Made by a program: the position numbers and the translations under genes. Source: Ascidiella aspersa (taxonomy: Eukaryota). Taken from it: a stretch of DNA of 64,000 bases. This document shows positions 61,284 through 64,000 of this stretch, piece by piece. The notes beneath the pieces are model-generated. The model saw only the letters and a list, made by a program, of their open reading frames with translations, did not search any database and was not told where the DNA came from. The DNA is taken from assembly GCA_963924565.1 (NCBI GenBank), contig OZ004613.1, forward strand, positions 15,934,001 to 15,998,000, written 5' to 3'. Within the stretch, counting starts at the first letter, position 1. Each line of letters begins with the position of its first letter.

Positions 61284-63993
61284 ATGAAAGCAGAGGCAGC
61301 GTGTGACGTACCTAGGAACCTAGCCACTTCCAAAACAGGCCGCGTTACATCGTTTAAAAACCTTATACTTATCATGTCTGCCGAGAAGACAGCAATTGTT
61401 GTCGCAATGAAGGCACTGCAAGCCAGCTACTTGCGTGCCGAAACTTTGATGATTAAACCTGAGGGCGCTATTCCACTCCGTGGTTTTCTTCCAAAACTGG
61501 ACTCGGAATTTGACGTGTTTATGGATCTATGCGATGCCATGTCGGAAACGGACACTTTGCCGGAGACGGTGTCCCACAAGGGTGACTCCCGTCGGGTGAA
61601 TCAATGGTTTGCCAGTCTTGAAAAGGCCCATTCTTTGCTCAAAACTTGTCTGTACCTGAAGATCAGATATCTGTTCACTCAAGCCGAATTTTCACCTCGA
61701 GCTCCATAGAAAGTGAGATACGACGTAGTCGAGTAAAGTTAAAGCTTGCACGGCTGGCGAATGATCAGGAGACAGCAAACTTACGCCAAGCTGAGGACAC
61801 AGTTGAGAGGTTGCGACGTGATGCAGCTGAACAAGCTAGACATCTTAGAGCAAAGGCTCAACGTGCTGCAGTGGAAGCAGCCGCGAAAGCTCAACGTGAC
61901 GCGAATGAAGCAGCCGCGAAGGCTCAACGTGCTGCAGAGGAAGCAGCCGCGAAAGCTCAACGTGATGCGGGGGTAGAAGTTGCCAGACAGCAGCGCGAAG
62001 CAGAAGTGCGACTTTTAAAAGAGGAGGCTTGTCGAATCGCCAATGAAAAGCAACGACAACTCTAGATGGCCGAGGCCGAAGCGGACGCCTGGGACGAGGA
62101 GTCTTCATATTGTACCCCACCGACGCCGGATGACTCCCATGCTCACCGCGCGCAGATAAAGTTTCGGGAACCACAGGTCAGTAAACCGTTGATAGAACGT
62201 CTACCAGCAACTGTCACTAACACCACAGTGACCCCACTTGTAAGTGGTTACGATTCATGGCCTCCCAAACTTTCTCCAACACTTTCCAAACCAGTTGTCC
62301 AGACAAATTGAAACTTACTACCACGACCAACAGAATACGACTTCCCGGAAATAGGTGAACGCTTTCTGCCTAGACCTTTTGTAAAGAAATTCGACGGTGA
62401 TCCGATGAACTACTGGTCGTTTGTTTGCCAGTTTACAAGTGCTGCACCTCTTTGTACGATATAAAGTATGCGTCTTGTATGGACTCAATGGTAATGCTGA
62501 AGGCAGCTGTAGCGTAAGAGACTGCTCAGCAACACTTCACCACTCTCTTTTACACGATTTACTGCTAATTCTGATGAGAGAAATGTGTCCTCCTGAATGT
62601 CGTTCCTGTCGTTGTGCGATATGGGGACACAGCAATCAACATCTACGCGTTTTTGGACCAAGGATCCACGACTACGTTTGGCGAACGTAAACTGGTGGAC
62701 AAGCTTGGTGCATCCGGCAAGCCCAAACAGATCTTGTTGAATACCCTGACGACGCCACGTCAGTTGGATACCATTGCTATTTCTGTTTCGGTGGAGCCGC
62801 TAAAAGGCGGAGAACCAATTAACCTCAATGAGGTCGTCGTTGTTGATAAGATCCCGGTGACACCGAATGCGGTTCCTACTTCGCAGACGTTAAAGGCACA
62901 TCGTTCACTACGAAATTTACAATTATCCAGCATTCCCGGAGGAACCGTCACCCTTCTAATAGGAGCTAATGTTCCAGTAGCTCACAGAGTAAAGTCCATT
63001 CGTCCCGGAAATGGATCCTGTCCGAATGCCGTGAAGACACCGCTCGGCTGGTCGTTACTTGGTAGCAATTTTGATTCCACAGATTATCGTGCCTGTACCA
63101 ACTATATTTCTGCCGTTGAAACAGCGAACGCTATGTTTCTAAGTGACGAGAGTGATCTGCTACCTACTGATGAGGAGGTTGAGAATCTTGGAACGGCACT
63201 CTCTACTGAAGACAGAAGAACGCATCGCTTAATGAAAGATTCTGTGGAATTTGTTGATGGGCACTATCAGTTGCCACTACCCTGGCGACATGATCACCAA
63301 ATCATGCCCGACAATTTGAAAATGGCAAAGAAGCGACTTGGCTGCCTCGAATCCCGTCTGACTAAAGATAACGCGATGAGAACAAAATACGCTGAGCAGA
63401 TGAAGGCTGTCATCAACGAGGGTTATGCTGAAGAGGTGCCAGAAGAAGAATCGTCCGCAAAGGGTCGTGTCGGGTACATTCCCCACCATGGCGTTCTAAA
63501 TGCAAACAAGCCAGGAAAATTACGTATCGTTTTTTATTGCGCCGCTCAGCATCGCGGTGTGTCGCTAAATCAATCGTTGATGCAGGGCCCCGATCTGGTG
63601 AATAGTCTAGTCGGCGTGTTGCTCCGCTTTCGTAAGGAGCCAATTACCCTAGTGGCTGATGTTGAAGCTATGTTTTACCAAGTTGGTGTTGCTCCGCGCG
63701 ATCGCAACTGCTTACGGTTTTTATGGTTGCCCGAAAGGGATTTGTTCCTTGAGCCAACGCCTCACAGAATGAAGGTACACCTCTTTGGTGCAACTTCTTC
63801 TCCCAGTTGTGCTGCGTTTTGTTTAAGGCAAGTTGCTAGTGACTTTGGTGGCAAATTCGAGCCAATCGTTACATCAACTGTTGGAAGAAATGTTTACGGG
63901 GATGATTGCCTTACATCCGTTTCTGATGTTAACACCGGAATGACTCTTGTGGCAGGATTGCGGTCCTTGCTAGCTAAAGCCGGATTTCGTTGA
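61284..63993 (+). pseudogene. BEL/Pao gag-pro-RT polyprotein pseudogene
   Basis: Several frameshifts and stops in gag, an internal deletion, a 459-aa open pro/RT block with YVDD changed to YGDD, and TGA at 63991. Confidence 0.88.
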
Positions 63994-64000
63994 ACTAAAT

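Larger units (their letters stand above)
60869..64000 (+). mobile_element. BEL/Pao LTR retrotransposon, decayed, runs off the window
   Basis: Gag remnant (FDGDPMNYWSF; knuckle CSVRDC..HHSLLH), protease YAFLDQGSTTTF, RT YIPHHGV..KPGKLRIVF, SLNQSLMQGPDL, ADVEAMFYQV, HLFGATSSP, YGDD. Confidence 0.93.

Overview
AT-rich eukaryotic (metazoan) genomic DNA. The short introns, mosaic CpG depletion and chordate-like proteins suggest an invertebrate chordate such as an ascidian; this is inference only. I reconstructed two intact spliced + strand genes by hand, and all splice phases are consistent. (1) A DAPP1/Bam32-like SH2+PH adaptor: 7 coding exons, 4065-18989, 245 aa. (2) A Regnase/ZC3H12 (MCPIP) PIN/NYN RNase with a CCCH finger: 8 coding exons, 32685-37072, 978 aa. 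The first two DAPP1 introns are largely stacks of nested cut-and-paste elements with readable TIRs and 8-bp TSDs (hAT-type), including a decayed hAT transposase copy. The window also holds many further MITEs, a 42-bp minisatellite, an antisense tRNA-like element, a 3.8-kb foldback element keeping an XPG/PIN-nuclease relic (AcademX-like) and, at the right edge, a decayed BEL/Pao LTR retrotransposon. 38-55 kb has no recognisable CDS but carries CpG-rich promoter-like blocks and splice-signal-bounded segments that may belong to an unannotated transcript. I found no CRISPR or other prokaryotic system, and cannot claim a wholly new system. The best leads are the regulatory features of the Regnase and DAPP1 genes, the foldback element and the orphan transcript.
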